Part shown: positions 46,968 to 56,859 of the stretch, piece after piece
Layout: each line of letters begins with the position of its first letter
Numbering within the stretch: position 1 is the first letter of the stretch
NCBI GenBank assembly: GCA_036834125.1
Contig: DAITOK010000001.1
Location: 57,314-121,313 of the forward strand
Origin: Chloroflexota bacterium
GTDB lineage: Bacteria; Chloroflexota; Dehalococcoidia; GIF9; AB-539-J10
Direction: 5' to 3'
DNA: 64,000 nucleotides
Notes under the pieces: generated by a model
The model's input: the letters and a program-made list of their open reading frames with translations, nothing else
The model's database searches: none
What the model was told of the DNA's origin: nothing
Position numbers and translations under genes: made by a program

Positions 46968-48713
46968 TTAGCGCTTAGGACTCACCATAATGCGTTCCAT
47001 CTCAGCCCACAATTCCTTAACTTTTTGTTCAAATACATCGTTGGGTATCTCTTTTATCCTGGATATTCTATAGACTATTGGTGATGAACGGATGCTCTCA
47101 ATGCTTGCCCCAGAATTTAGCATTTCTTGAGCTAGCTCGTAGAATTTCAGGATAGTTTTGAGCATGAGTCCGGCTTTCGCTGGCACGCAATAAGTATCAA
47201 CTTCGTGATAGGCACTTTGCTGGAGAAAGTCTTCGCGAATCATCCGGGCAATAAGAAGCAGTAATTTGTCTCTGTCAGGTAGAGCTTCGGGTCCTACGAG
47301 TCTGACAATTTCTTGTAGCTCTGCCTCCTGCTGCAAGATTTTCAAGGCGTTAGCTCTGGTATTCTCCCATCCCGGGTCATGTTTATTCCACCAATTTTTA
47401 ACAGCATCCACATAAAGGCTATAGCTGGTAAGCCAGTTTATGGCTGGGAAATGTCTCTTGTTCGCTAGCGAGACATCCAGAGCATAGAAAGCATCTATTA
47501 TCCTGAGCGTGTTTTGTGTTACCGGTTCACTGAAGTCAGCTCCCGGTGGGCTTACGGCGCCGGCTACCGTTACTGAGCCCTTTCTTTGTGGATTACCTAA
47601 ACATTCCACCATCCCGGCTCTTTCGTAGAAAGACGAAAGCCGAGAACCCATGTAGGAAGGAAAACCTTCCTCTCCAGGCATCTCTTCCAATCTCCCGCTC
47701 ATCTCCCTCATGGCTTCTGCCCATCGTGAAGTAGAATCAGCAACTACCAAAACGTTGTAACCCATGTCCCGGAAATACTCAGCCATGGTGATGCCGACAA
47801 ATATGCTTGCTTCCCTGGCCACCACAGGCATATTAGAAGTGTTAGCTATAAAGATTTCTTTCTCTTGTAGCAATCTTCCAGTGTTGGGATCCTTGAGTTC
47901 TCTAAAGCTATAAAGCACATCAGCCATCTCATTGCCCCGTTCGCCGCAACCAACGTAGATGTTCAGGTGTGTTTGAGCCCACCTAGCTAGCTGTTGCAAA
48001 GCTACGGTCTTCCCGGTGCCAAAGCCTCCGGGTATTGAGGCCTTGCCTCCAAGAGCCAAGGGGAACATATAATCCAAAATTCGCATGCCAGTAGTAAGCA
48101 GACCGGCCGGGTCAAACCTTTGCTTGTAAGGTCGGGGTTTCCTTACTGGCCACTTCTGCATCATCGTGAGTTCTTTTACTTCGCCATTATGCTCTACTAA
48201 AGCTATAGGCTCCTCGACAGTGTAATTGCCTTGTCGTATCTCTTTTATCCTGCCCTTGACTCCCGCTGGCACCATTATCCGATGCTCTATAAGGTGGGTT
48301 TCGGGTACTACGCCTATTATGTCCCCATGGCTAACAACGTCCCCGACTTTCACTTTGGGTACAAACTGCCATTTCTTGTTGCGAGGGAGAGCCAAGGCTT
48401 TGGCGCCTCGCTTTATAAATGGGCCAATATTCTCGCCTAGGGTGAGTAAAGATTTTTGTAGCCCATCGTAAATAGAACCTACAAGCCCAGGTCCGAGCTC
48501 GACACTCAGTACTTGTTCTGTTCTTCTCACAATCTCCCCAACTTTCAGCCCTTGAGTATCTTCGTGTGCCTGAATTATCGCCTTGTTGCCTTCCAGTCCT
48601 ACTATCTCCCCTACAAGTCCCTCTTCACCTATCTCGACAACTTCATAAACCTGGGACCCCAGCATGTCGTCAGCGATAACCAGAGGGCCGGAAACTCTCC
48701 ATATTTTGCCCAT
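46968..48713 (-). CDS. atpA: A/V-type ATP synthase catalytic subunit A
   Basis: A 581-aa protein with Walker A GGFGTGKTV and no intein. Confidence 0.85.
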   Translation of the reverse strand: MGKIWRVSGPLVIADDMLGSQVYEVVEIGEEGLVGEIVGLEGNKAIIQAHEDTQGLKVGEIVRRTEQVLSVELGPGLVGSIYDGLQKSLLTLGENIGPFIKRGAKALALPRNKKWQFVPKVKVGDVVSHGDIIGVVPETHLIEHRIMVPAGVKGRIKEIRQGNYTVEEPIALVEHNGEVKELTMMQKWPVRKPRPYKQRFDPAGLLTTGMRILDYMFPLALGGKASIPGGFGTGKTVALQQLARWAQTHLNIYVGCGERGNEMADVLYSFRELKDPNTGRLLQEKEIFIANTSNMPVVAREASIFVGITMAEYFRDMGYNVLVVADSTSRWAEAMREMSGRLEEMPGEEGFPSYMGSRLSSFYERAGMVECLGNPQRKGSVTVAGAVSPPGADFSEPVTQNTLRIIDAFYALDVSLANKRHFPAINWLTSYSLYVDAVKNWWNKHDPGWENTRANALKILQQEAELQEIVRLVGPEALPDRDKLLLLIARMIREDFLQQSAYHEVDTYCVPAKAGLMLKTILKFYELAQEMLNSGASIESIRSSPIVYRISRIKEIPNDVFEQKVKELWAEMERIMVSPKR

Positions 48714-48762
48714 GTCTTTATCCTCCTATCTTAAAAAACATTACGTGCTTTCATCATGATTT

Positions 48763-49116
48763 TCAAATTTCCACTTCAAATCCAATGGATTCTCGGATAA
48801 GCCTTCTGTAGTATTTTCTGACATCTGGATATTTTGTGCCAGACTTGGACGGAACCTCTACAATTATCGGAGTTATCCCTTTTCTTTTCCTGACCGCGTT
48901 CATGAGGTCTTCAACATACTGGGCATAATCTTCTGACATGATCACTATGCCCACATCGGGTTCGCCTAACAGCTCGGTCATGACTCTCCTGACATCGTCA
49001 CGGATGTCATGACCGCTTTTTATGGTGTAATATTTACTGATGCCGGCTAGCCTTAGTGCGTTGACTAGTTCTTCATCTCCTATTACAGCTATATCTAGGC
49101 GTTTAATGGGTATCAT
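48763..49116 (-). CDS. atpF: A/V-type ATP synthase subunit F
   Basis: A 117-aa protein starting IAVIGDEELVNALRLAGI. Confidence 0.75.
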   Translation of the reverse strand: MIPIKRLDIAVIGDEELVNALRLAGISKYYTIKSGHDIRDDVRRVMTELLGEPDVGIVIMSEDYAQYVEDLMNAVRKRKGITPIIVEVPSKSGTKYPDVRKYYRRLIRESIGFEVEI

Positions 49117-49117
49117 G

Positions 49118-50152
49118 TCACAATACCAAAAAGTTCTTTACTTCTTGGACGGGAACTCCATCCATGATGGCTTTTAGAATCAGCCTCAAGTTGCGTATTT
49201 CGACCTCTTTGAGAACTAAATACCAAGCCATCACCAGTGGGGACAACACTTTTGGTGACAGCAATTCCTTGAGCATCCTGAACTTATGCTTATCAATGAC
49301 TTCATCTACTACTGTGATGCTTCTAGTCTTATCATAGTTTGCTGATACTTCATTTGCTATGTCCCGATATTGGCTATCTTCCAACTTCGCAGGTACGTCA
49401 GCGATTTTGAGGTTGATCAAATCTTTAATACTTTTGTCTGTAAGCCTATAGCCGCCGGCGATAGTCATTTCAGCAACATCGGGTCCTATGCCCTCAATTA
49501 TCGCCCTTAGGACAATTTGCAGGTTTGTTAGGTCTATCACTAAGCCGAAGGCTTTGGCCAACACAAAGCCGTCTTTTATTTTTCTAGCCATGTTTAGCAT
49601 GCTTTTATAATACTCGCTAGCCAGCTTGACTTCGGTAAGAAATTTCACCTTTGCACTTTTGCCTGCTTTGTATTCCTCAATAGCAGGTGTATAATCTCCT
49701 AGTTTGCACCTGACGAGTATTTGGGCGATATCGTATATATTTTCGGCTTTGGAGAGTTCGTCTAGCAGTCCGTGGTTGTAAATAACACCGACCGGTATCA
49801 TACGGGCTTTCTTGCCAGTTGCCATGTTTTGTAGGGCAGCTTTAATATTTGTGACGTCGTACTTCACCATGTATGCTCTAGATAGTTTTAGTATGTCTTT
49901 GGGCAAGAATTTAAATGATTCTACATAGTTAATACGTTGCCTGAGATAACGCCACAACGATTCATCCAGTTCATCAAAAGTTTTGACAGGTAATTCCTCT
50001 AGGAAGCTTCCAATATAGGTTTCTCTGATAACTGCCAGCGCATCCTGAAAGGTGGATGCTGATGCCATCCTATCTATGTGTTCGAGGGTGACAGTTCTGG
50101 GTTCTTCCCCTTTCAAGCAAGCAGATATAAAAGCGTATCTTGGGTTGAGCAC
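49118..50152 (-). CDS. atpC: A/V-type ATP synthase subunit C (d)
   Basis: 344 aa, at the expected operon position between E and F. Confidence 0.7.
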   Translation of the reverse strand: MLNPRYAFISACLKGEEPRTVTLEHIDRMASASTFQDALAVIRETYIGSFLEELPVKTFDELDESLWRYLRQRINYVESFKFLPKDILKLSRAYMVKYDVTNIKAALQNMATGKKARMIPVGVIYNHGLLDELSKAENIYDIAQILVRCKLGDYTPAIEEYKAGKSAKVKFLTEVKLASEYYKSMLNMARKIKDGFVLAKAFGLVIDLTNLQIVLRAIIEGIGPDVAEMTIAGGYRLTDKSIKDLINLKIADVPAKLEDSQYRDIANEVSANYDKTRSITVVDEVIDKHKFRMLKELLSPKVLSPLVMAWYLVLKEVEIRNLRLILKAIMDGVPVQEVKNFLVL

Positions 50153-50161
50153 AACATTACC

Positions 50162-50743
50162 TTACTGAGCCTCAAAAAGTTTCTTACTAATGTCTGGCAG
50201 CAATTTGGGTAACAAGGTTTCCAGTCTGGTCTCGTAGGTGTTATCTATTCTGAGCTTTCCCTCGACGTCTTCGACCACCGCCCCTCCCAGGCAATTGGAT
50301 TCCCTGACCTCCACCACCTTTGCGGACAATTCTCTATCCTCTGCAATGAGCTTTTTTGCCGTGTTTAGATCTTTCGGGGAAACATAGACTCTGGCTTTAC
50401 TCACGCCCAGAGCATTCAAACCCTCTTTGATCAAATTTGCAAGCTGATTTTCGTCAGTGGTAACTTGTGACAAATCCTTGCGCGCTCCGTCAATTATCTT
50501 GGCAATTGCCGCTGCCTTGGCACTTGATAGCTGTTGTCGCGCTTGGATAGAAGCTTGAGCCAAAATTCGAGATGCTTCCTCTTCTGCTTCTTTGACCATT
50601 CTACTGCGCTCTTCCGCGAACCTTGCCTCTCTCTGTCTCTTGGCTTTCTCTTTTTCCTCTCGTGTCTTCTCTTCTGCTTCTTCTATGATGCTCTGGGCTT
50701 CTGCTCTTACTTTATTCAAAACAGCTTGGCTTATTCTTTCCAT
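50162..50743 (-). CDS. atpE: A/V-type ATP synthase subunit E
   Basis: 193 aa, with a charged coiled-coil N-terminus. Confidence 0.75.
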   Translation of the reverse strand: MERISQAVLNKVRAEAQSIIEEAEEKTREEKEKAKRQREARFAEERSRMVKEAEEEASRILAQASIQARQQLSSAKAAAIAKIIDGARKDLSQVTTDENQLANLIKEGLNALGVSKARVYVSPKDLNTAKKLIAEDRELSAKVVEVRESNCLGGAVVEDVEGKLRIDNTYETRLETLLPKLLPDISKKLFEAQ

Positions 50744-50756
50744 TTTCAGTATGCTC

Positions 50757-51218
50757 CTAGAAAAGTCCCAGCAAAACCAACACCAGCACGGTGAACACTA
50801 TACCAAGTATACCCCATAGTTCCACAAGCACAGCTAATATCATGGTCGTCGTTAGTAATTTCCCTTTCGTTTTGGGCAAAAGAGAGATGCCTGAAGCACA
50901 AATGATGCCCTGATAGGCTGCCGAGAAACCCTCAGCCGCTGCCACGAAGATACCGCAACCCAGCACAGCTAGCCCGTCACCCATGCTAGCAACCTTGGGC
51001 AATACCTGGATGATGATAAGTATGAGAATTATGAGCCCGTAGAAGGTCTGTGTCATAGGCAAAGACGATAGGAGAATAACGTTTCTAAACTGTCCTGGCT
51101 CCTCTGCCAGTGTGCCAGCCCCTGCTGATGCTGCCATGCCGACGCCTATGGCAGAGCCAGCCATACCACCAGCCAATCCTATGGCTCCACCAAGAATTGC
51201 TAACGCTGTTGGCTCCAT
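50757..51218 (-). CDS. atpK: A/V-type ATP synthase proteolipid subunit K: 16-kDa, four-helix (duplicated hairpin) c subunit with an NtpK-like Na+-binding signature
   Basis: Hairpin 1, helix 2 reads SLPMTQTFYG (Q, not E/D, at the carboxylate position). Helix 3 has AAYQGII, and hairpin 2, helix 4 has AVLVELWGILG (E present). Confidence 0.8.
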   Translation of the reverse strand: MEPTALAILGGAIGLAGGMAGSAIGVGMAASAGAGTLAEEPGQFRNVILLSSLPMTQTFYGLIILILIIIQVLPKVASMGDGLAVLGCGIFVAAAEGFSAAYQGIICASGISLLPKTKGKLLTTTMILAVLVELWGILGIVFTVLVLVLLGLF

Positions 51219-51236
51219 ACTATTTCACACTCCTTT

Positions 51237-53270
51237 CTAAGATTTTACTTTGACAAACACAGGTCGAGTCTTCAACCGGAACGGACTGTATTCCCTGCCG
51301 CCACCTTCGTAAAATTTCAGGAGGAATTCCACAAAGCACAGCCTGAGAGAGTGAACAAAGCAAGAGATGCCGCTGAGAGCGGCATTGATTATGTGCCCAA
51401 TTAGCACAATCAGTGCCGCCAGCATTGGACCTGTTACTTCGCGAATTGCCTCCGGCATCAAATCGGGCAATATTTTAGACATCAGGTTGAAGGAGAAGGC
51501 AAGGTAATAGGTAGCTAAACCCACCCCTGCCAACCGACAGTATGACATAACATCTCCTAAGATGCCTGTTACTTCGGACAACGAGAAAATTCCTCCTAGG
51601 AGAAAACCGTTCATCTTCAGATAGGAGGCAATAATTAAGATTAAGCCGGCACCGGCAGTACATAACAGCGGGATGGGATATGCTTGCTCTGGTAATATGG
51701 AAATATCTACATGAAGGAGATAGTGTATGACCAAGGGTATTGCACCAATTTCAAGCAGGAACAGACCGAGTTTACTTACCACTGTTCCTTTACTGCCTGC
51801 TTTCGCTCCCTTAATGAGCGTCAATATGTGTGCTATGTTCACGTGAATCAAGCCTATCAATATTGAGATGACTATAAATTGAATAGGATTTCCCAGTAGT
51901 GATTCAATCCGACTAGCAAGGGCTAAGCTTTCGATCCCAAAACGCTGGAAGAACTTCCCGAAATAACTGCCTTGGACGAAATTGCCGAAATAGCTGCCTG
52001 TGAGCAAGCCAAAAATAAGCCCAACCACGCCACTGATGTAGAGCATTCTTTGGAATAGTTTAAATCCTTCGGTTTCGGGGTCATCAACGAATTTCTTCAA
52101 ACCGCGATTAGCAAATAGCAGCAGTATGGCCGAATAGGCTACATCGTTCATCATAAGTCCGAAAAAGAACGGGAAAGAATAAGATATGAGAGGCGTAGGG
52201 TCCCACTCCCAATACCTCGGGATGCCGAACAGCTTTACCACGACCTGGAATGGTCGGAAGGCACGGAAATTCCTAAATTTGGTGGGAGGCTCTTCAACCG
52301 CTTGCGGTTTCTGAGTATCAGTGAACACGTAATTCACCTTTTCTTTAACTTCGGAAATCGTATCCTCAACATTAGCCTCGGGAATCCAACCTTCGATTAG
52401 CGTAACATATTTCGCTTCACTAGCTTTGGCTAAAACTGCTAGCCGTTCTGTTTCGGCAGATAACGCCTCACGGAAAAGAACTAGTGTCTTCAGGTTCTCT
52501 CTAGTCCTGTTTTCAATCTCGCTCTGAAGTTTTGCCAGTTCTTCTTCAAAACTGCGAATATTACTGCTAGCTGTTTCGAGGAATTCTCTCAGAGTTACAT
52601 CCTTTTCTGGTATCTGCAAGGCTCTGCCTCCACCATCCCTGACTATGGACTCTATTTTTTCTCGGTCGTGAACTTTGGCAATAACATACAAAACGCTCTC
52701 GTTTTCTACTGTTACCACAATGTGCTCAAGTAGATGCTCTCTAAATTTAGGGTAAATGGTTTCAAATGACTCACGGGGAAATACAAAAACGTGAGAAAAT
52801 AGGTAATCTCCGGAAAAACTCAAATCTCTTAGTCTAATATCAGCAATGTCAGCTTGTTGCCTAAGAGGGTGAAGATATGTGCTTAGTTCTGTAAGTTTCT
52901 TGCTATTCTCTCTCAGTTTGACAGCTATTTGATGCATTTTGCTGAGCTTGGTGCACAGTACTCTCACTTCGCTATCAATTTCATCGAGAGGTTTAGCATA
53001 TACCACTTCAACATCCTGTCCCAAGGAAATTATTTTTTCCCCTTTAGGGACGTAAGCTAATACATCGTTAATGCTGGCTAGTAATTCAGCAACCCTTTTT
53101 CTTTCCTGTTCAAGGGCTTCTTTCTCAACAGGTTTTAATTCCTGGCTTTCCTCAACGTGAAGCACACCCGCAGTGTGCAGAGTTTTTAGAGTTTCAGCGG
53201 AGCGATCCTTGGCGACCATTATCCTGACTTTGACCATAGGGTCGGGTGTGTTGATGATCAAGGGTACCAT
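51237..53270 (-). CDS. atpI: A/V-type ATP synthase subunit I (a)
   Basis: A 677-aa protein with a cytoplasmic N-terminal half and a multi-TM C-terminal half. Confidence 0.8.
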   Translation of the reverse strand: MVPLIINTPDPMVKVRIMVAKDRSAETLKTLHTAGVLHVEESQELKPVEKEALEQERKRVAELLASINDVLAYVPKGEKIISLGQDVEVVYAKPLDEIDSEVRVLCTKLSKMHQIAVKLRENSKKLTELSTYLHPLRQQADIADIRLRDLSFSGDYLFSHVFVFPRESFETIYPKFREHLLEHIVVTVENESVLYVIAKVHDREKIESIVRDGGGRALQIPEKDVTLREFLETASSNIRSFEEELAKLQSEIENRTRENLKTLVLFREALSAETERLAVLAKASEAKYVTLIEGWIPEANVEDTISEVKEKVNYVFTDTQKPQAVEEPPTKFRNFRAFRPFQVVVKLFGIPRYWEWDPTPLISYSFPFFFGLMMNDVAYSAILLLFANRGLKKFVDDPETEGFKLFQRMLYISGVVGLIFGLLTGSYFGNFVQGSYFGKFFQRFGIESLALASRIESLLGNPIQFIVISILIGLIHVNIAHILTLIKGAKAGSKGTVVSKLGLFLLEIGAIPLVIHYLLHVDISILPEQAYPIPLLCTAGAGLILIIASYLKMNGFLLGGIFSLSEVTGILGDVMSYCRLAGVGLATYYLAFSFNLMSKILPDLMPEAIREVTGPMLAALIVLIGHIINAALSGISCFVHSLRLCFVEFLLKFYEGGGREYSPFRLKTRPVFVKVKS

Positions 53271-53275
53271 GTCAG

Positions 53276-53587
53276 TCAGCTTCGCCCTGTGACAATGTTC
53301 ACTACGAGCTCGGTGAGTTCTCTTACTTTTTTATCAGCGTTGATGCTGATTTCGGCAGCTTTTCTTTCGGAGTCTTTAATTTTTCTCTCCGCTTCTGCCC
53401 TGGCTTGGTTTATAATCCTGTCACACTCAGCTTTTACTTCGTCGAGAGAGAGCTGAGAAGAAAGTATTTTCTTAGCTTCTTCCTTAGCTTCGAGAAGAAT
53501 TTCGCTGGCTCTCGCCTTTGCTTCTGAGAGGATCTTTTCAGCTTCAGCTTCGAGAGCTTCTATATTACTGGTGATGTCTTTGGCCAT
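53276..53587 (-). CDS. atpH: A/V-type ATP synthase subunit H (archaeal AhaH-like; bacterial subunit G)
   Basis: A 103-aa charged coiled coil, first gene of the operon. Confidence 0.6.
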   Translation of the reverse strand: MAKDITSNIEALEAEAEKILSEAKARASEILLEAKEEAKKILSSQLSLDEVKAECDRIINQARAEAERKIKDSERKAAEISINADKKVRELTELVVNIVTGRS

Positions 53588-53680
53588 AACGCGTTTTCTT
53601 TGTAATCTTTTTGGGTGGCTACGACAAGATAAATAATCACTTCAGCAAACAGCAAATTAGCCCCATAAATGGCGTTCGTG

Positions 53681-53710
53681 ATTATAGCAAGGTGGACTCA
53701 TTTTTGGCAA
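53681..53710 (-). promoter_or_regulatory. Candidate sigma-70 promoter for the ATPase operon (TTGCCA-18-TATAAT)
   Basis: On the minus strand, TTGCCA (53710-53705), an 18-nt spacer, then TATAAT (53686-53681), about 95 nt upstream of the atpH start. Confidence 0.35.
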
Positions 53711-53781
53711 ATGAGCGCTCTGAAAGAAGTCACTCCTGACGTATCAAGATCAACAACTACTCAGTTTGTTATTATAGTGGA

Positions 53782-54501
53782 ATGCTTTATAATTCAAGTG
53801 TGAGAGTGCAAAAATTACATGGCTGGAATGTGAGTGCCGCCCAAGCCAAGGAAATACAATTGAGGCTGGCAAAACAGGTGATAGTTGAGAACAAAGTTAT
53901 TGACCCGCGCCTTATTGCTGGCATTGATATATCTGCTCCTGATGCTCAGGGCGTAGCCAGGGGAGCAGTGGTAATACTTCGCTATCCTCAGTTCAGTATA
54001 GTAGAGATTCAGGTAACTGAGGGTAGGATTACATTCCCCTACATTCCGGGGTTGTTGTCTTTTCGGGAAAGTCCCTTGATACTAGAGGCTTGCCAAAAAC
54101 TGAATAATACTCCCGACCTTGTTCTGGTTGATGGTCAGGGAGTTGCCCATCCTCGGAGACTCGGGCTGGCTTCGCACGTGGGACTTTTTCTGGATTTGCC
54201 CACAATTGGTTGCGCCAAATCTATTCTTTGTGGTCAGCATCAGTCTGTGGGTGAAGGAACTGGTTCTCACGCTGAGCTGCTTGATAGTGGGGAGGTTATT
54301 GGAACAGCGTTAAGGACTAAATCAGGAATGACCCCGATATACGTTTCCGTGGGACACAAGATTGATCTAGCGACGGCTTTGCAGTGGGTTATGAAGTGCT
54401 GTCGTGGTTACAGGTTACCTGAGCCTACACGGCTGGCTCACCTTGCTGCTGAAGGCGCGTTGAGATTTGAGCCAAGCCGCCAGGGAACGTTATTCGATTA
54501 G
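53782..54501 (+). CDS. nfi: Endonuclease V
   Basis: IAGIDISAPD, ...YIPGLLSFRE, and VLVDGQGVAHPRRLGLASHVG. Confidence 0.75.
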   Translation: MLYNSSVRVQKLHGWNVSAAQAKEIQLRLAKQVIVENKVIDPRLIAGIDISAPDAQGVARGAVVILRYPQFSIVEIQVTEGRITFPYIPGLLSFRESPLILEACQKLNNTPDLVLVDGQGVAHPRRLGLASHVGLFLDLPTIGCAKSILCGQHQSVGEGTGSHAELLDSGEVIGTALRTKSGMTPIYVSVGHKIDLATALQWVMKCCRGYRLPEPTRLAHLAAEGALRFEPSRQGTLFD

Positions 54502-54513
54502 GGGGTTATTCAA

Positions 54514-55612
54514 ATGCAAGAAGAAAAGGGAAGTCTAGAAGCTTTGCTCCGGCAAATCTCAGAAGTGATGGTGCGTCTTTGACATCGCCGGCAAAGAACA
54601 AGAGATAGTCAAGGCAGAGGCGGAGTCAGCGGAACCTGATTTCTGGCGCGACACGATCAGAGCTCAGGCTATCATGCGGGAGCTCCGGGGTAAGAAAGAC
54701 CTGGTCAGTGCCTGGCGAGACCTCGAAAAGAAAGCCAGAGAGCTTCAAGAAATGATTGCTCTGGCTATCAAGGAGGAGGACTCTTCTCTTGAGGAAGAGA
54801 TACAACAGGAACTGAGGAAGCTGCAATCTCGGTTTCAAGAACTGGAGAGTCAGCAGCTTTTCACCGGAGATTACGATAATCGGAAAGCCATGCTGGCTCT
54901 TCATGCTGGTGCTGGGGGCACAGAGTCTCAAGACTGGGCGAACATGTTGCTGAGGATGTACCTGAGGTGGGCAGAAAGGCACGGTTACGAAGCAGAGGTA
55001 TTGGATGTCTCTCTCGGTGAAGAGGCTGGTATCAAAAGTGCCATCGTAGAGATAAAAGGGGATTACGCTTACGGCTATCTCAAGGGCGAGCACGGAGTGC
55101 ACAGGCTGGTGAGGCTTTCGCCATTCGATGCTGATCACGCGCGGCATACCTCTTTTGCTCTGGTGGAGGTTCTTCCTGAAGCGGAAGGGACGATGGATAT
55201 CAAAATAAACCCGGAAGACCTAAAAATAGAGACTTTCCGGTCCAGTGGTCCTGGCGGACAGCATATGCAGAAGACAAGTAGCGCTGTGAGAATAACGCAT
55301 TTGCCTACCGGGCTGGTAGCGGCTTGCCAAAGTCAGCGTTCCCAGCACCAAAACAAGGAAGCTGCGTTGAAAGTTCTTTATTCTCGCCTGCTGGAGCTGG
55401 AGCGTAAGAAGAGGGAGGAAGAAAAGGCTAGGTTAAAAGGTGAGCGTATCGAAGCAGCCTGGGGAAACCAAATCCGGAGTTACGTTCTTCATCCGTATAA
55501 GATGGTCAAAGACCACCGCACTGATTACGAAGTTCACGATGCAGAAGCCGTGTTGGATGGGGAACTGGATGGTTTCATCAGTGCCTATCTTCGGTCCCAG
55601 GTGGGGAAATGA
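54514..55612 (+). CDS. prfB: Peptide chain release factor 2, expressed via a programmed +1 ribosomal frameshift at CTT TGA C (54577-54583)
   Basis: ORF1 is ATG 54514 ... CTT (54577-79) TGA (54580-82). Shifting +1 to GAC gives DIAGKEQEIVKAEAESAEPDFWRD, joining ORF 54674..55612, which carries SPF and GGQ motifs. A GGTG lies just upstream of CTT. Confidence 0.85.
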
Positions 55613-56841
55613 TCAGACATATTGGATTGGTAAGTTTGGTGATCCTGTGGCTGTTGAGCCCTTGCTTGGTGAGGGCTGAGTCAGGCATTGCAGTTATTGA
55701 GAGTGATGTGGCTGTAAATTTCCCTAACACAGTCGTGTTCACAGTCGAGGCTTATAGCAATACCAGCATTGTGGATGTGCGTCTCCGCTACAGGGTGAAC
55801 AAGGTGAACTATGCCGCAGTTGTCAGCGAAGGCTGGGCTGATTTTACTCCGGCAAGCAGAGTGGAAGCTAGTTGGGTATGGGATATGACGAATGCTGGCT
55901 TGCCGCCTGGTGCTGAGGTCACGTATTGGTGGGTGATCAGGGATGCGGATGGGAATGAACTTGAGAGCTTGCCTGGGACGATGCATTTCAATGATGACCG
56001 ATATAGTTGGCAAAATTTGACTGGTATTATTCCGAATGGAGGGCAATTGACCGTTTTCTGGTACAGAGGTAGTGAATCTTTTGCCCAGGCATTGATGGAA
56101 GCTTGCCTAAACGGGCTTGCCGGGTTGGCGGAGGATATAGGCACTTATCCGGAAAGGCCCATCAGGGTATATGTGTATGCCTCAACGGATGATCTGAGGG
56201 GAGCTATGGTTTATTCTCAGGAATGGACCGGGGGCGTGGCTTTTGCTGATTTCAGCATAATAGCAATTGGTATTGCTCCGAGTGAGGTTGACTGGGGCAA
56301 GAGGGCGTTGGTTCACGAACTAGCACATCTCGTTGTTCATGAGGCGACCTTCAGCCCGTACACGCAGCTTCCGAGGTGGCTGGACGAGGGGTTAGCGACA
56401 TTTGCCGAAGGCGAGCTTGACCCCACTTTTCAGTCTTATCTAGATGAGGCTATTTCAGAGAATAAGCTCATATCAGTGCAGAGCTTATGCAGTCCGTTCT
56501 CTGTTTATCGAGAGAAAGCTTGTCTAGCCTACGCCGAGAGCTACAGCATCGTTAAATATCTGCTGGAAAACTATGGACAGGGAAAGATGCTGGATTTGCT
56601 GGCGGCGTTGAGACAAGGCAGTACCTACGACGAGGCATTGACTGAGGTCTATGGCTTTGATATGGATGGTCTGGACGCTCGTTGGCGTGCTACGTTGGGC
56701 CTTGGCACTGCTGTTGGGAGCGCAGCGCGGCAACCTCAGCATGTTCTAATTCCTTTGTTAGCGGCACTGGCGACTGGATTGGTTTTGTGGGGGGCGTTAG
56801 CTCTGGAACGGCGGGGTAGGCGGGGGTCGTCTGGTGAATGA
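55609..56841 (+). CDS. Membrane-anchored putative zinc metallopeptidase (gluzincin-like HExxH...EG), translationally coupled to prfB by an ATGA overlap
   Basis: A signal peptide (MIRHIGLVSLVILWLLSPCLVRA), HELAHLVVHE plus WLDEGLATFAEGE about 18 aa downstream, and a C-terminal TM anchor. Confidence 0.5.
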   Translation: MIRHIGLVSLVILWLLSPCLVRAESGIAVIESDVAVNFPNTVVFTVEAYSNTSIVDVRLRYRVNKVNYAAVVSEGWADFTPASRVEASWVWDMTNAGLPPGAEVTYWWVIRDADGNELESLPGTMHFNDDRYSWQNLTGIIPNGGQLTVFWYRGSESFAQALMEACLNGLAGLAEDIGTYPERPIRVYVYASTDDLRGAMVYSQEWTGGVAFADFSIIAIGIAPSEVDWGKRALVHELAHLVVHEATFSPYTQLPRWLDEGLATFAEGELDPTFQSYLDEAISENKLISVQSLCSPFSVYREKACLAYAESYSIVKYLLENYGQGKMLDLLAALRQGSTYDEALTEVYGFDMDGLDARWRATLGLGTAVGSAARQPQHVLIPLLAALATGLVLWGALALERRGRRGSSGE

Positions 56842-56859
56842 ACTTTGGAAGATAGTGTT

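Noticed and set aside
46968-48713. Possible intein in ATPase subunit A (common in archaeal AtpA) or in PpsA/DnaG
   Set aside because: Protein lengths (581, 807 and 604 aa) are canonical, with no inserted block interrupting conserved motifs.
54626-55147. 173-aa minus-strand ORF overlapping prfB
   Set aside because: It is antisense to prfB, whose reading frame is confirmed by SPF/GGQ motifs.
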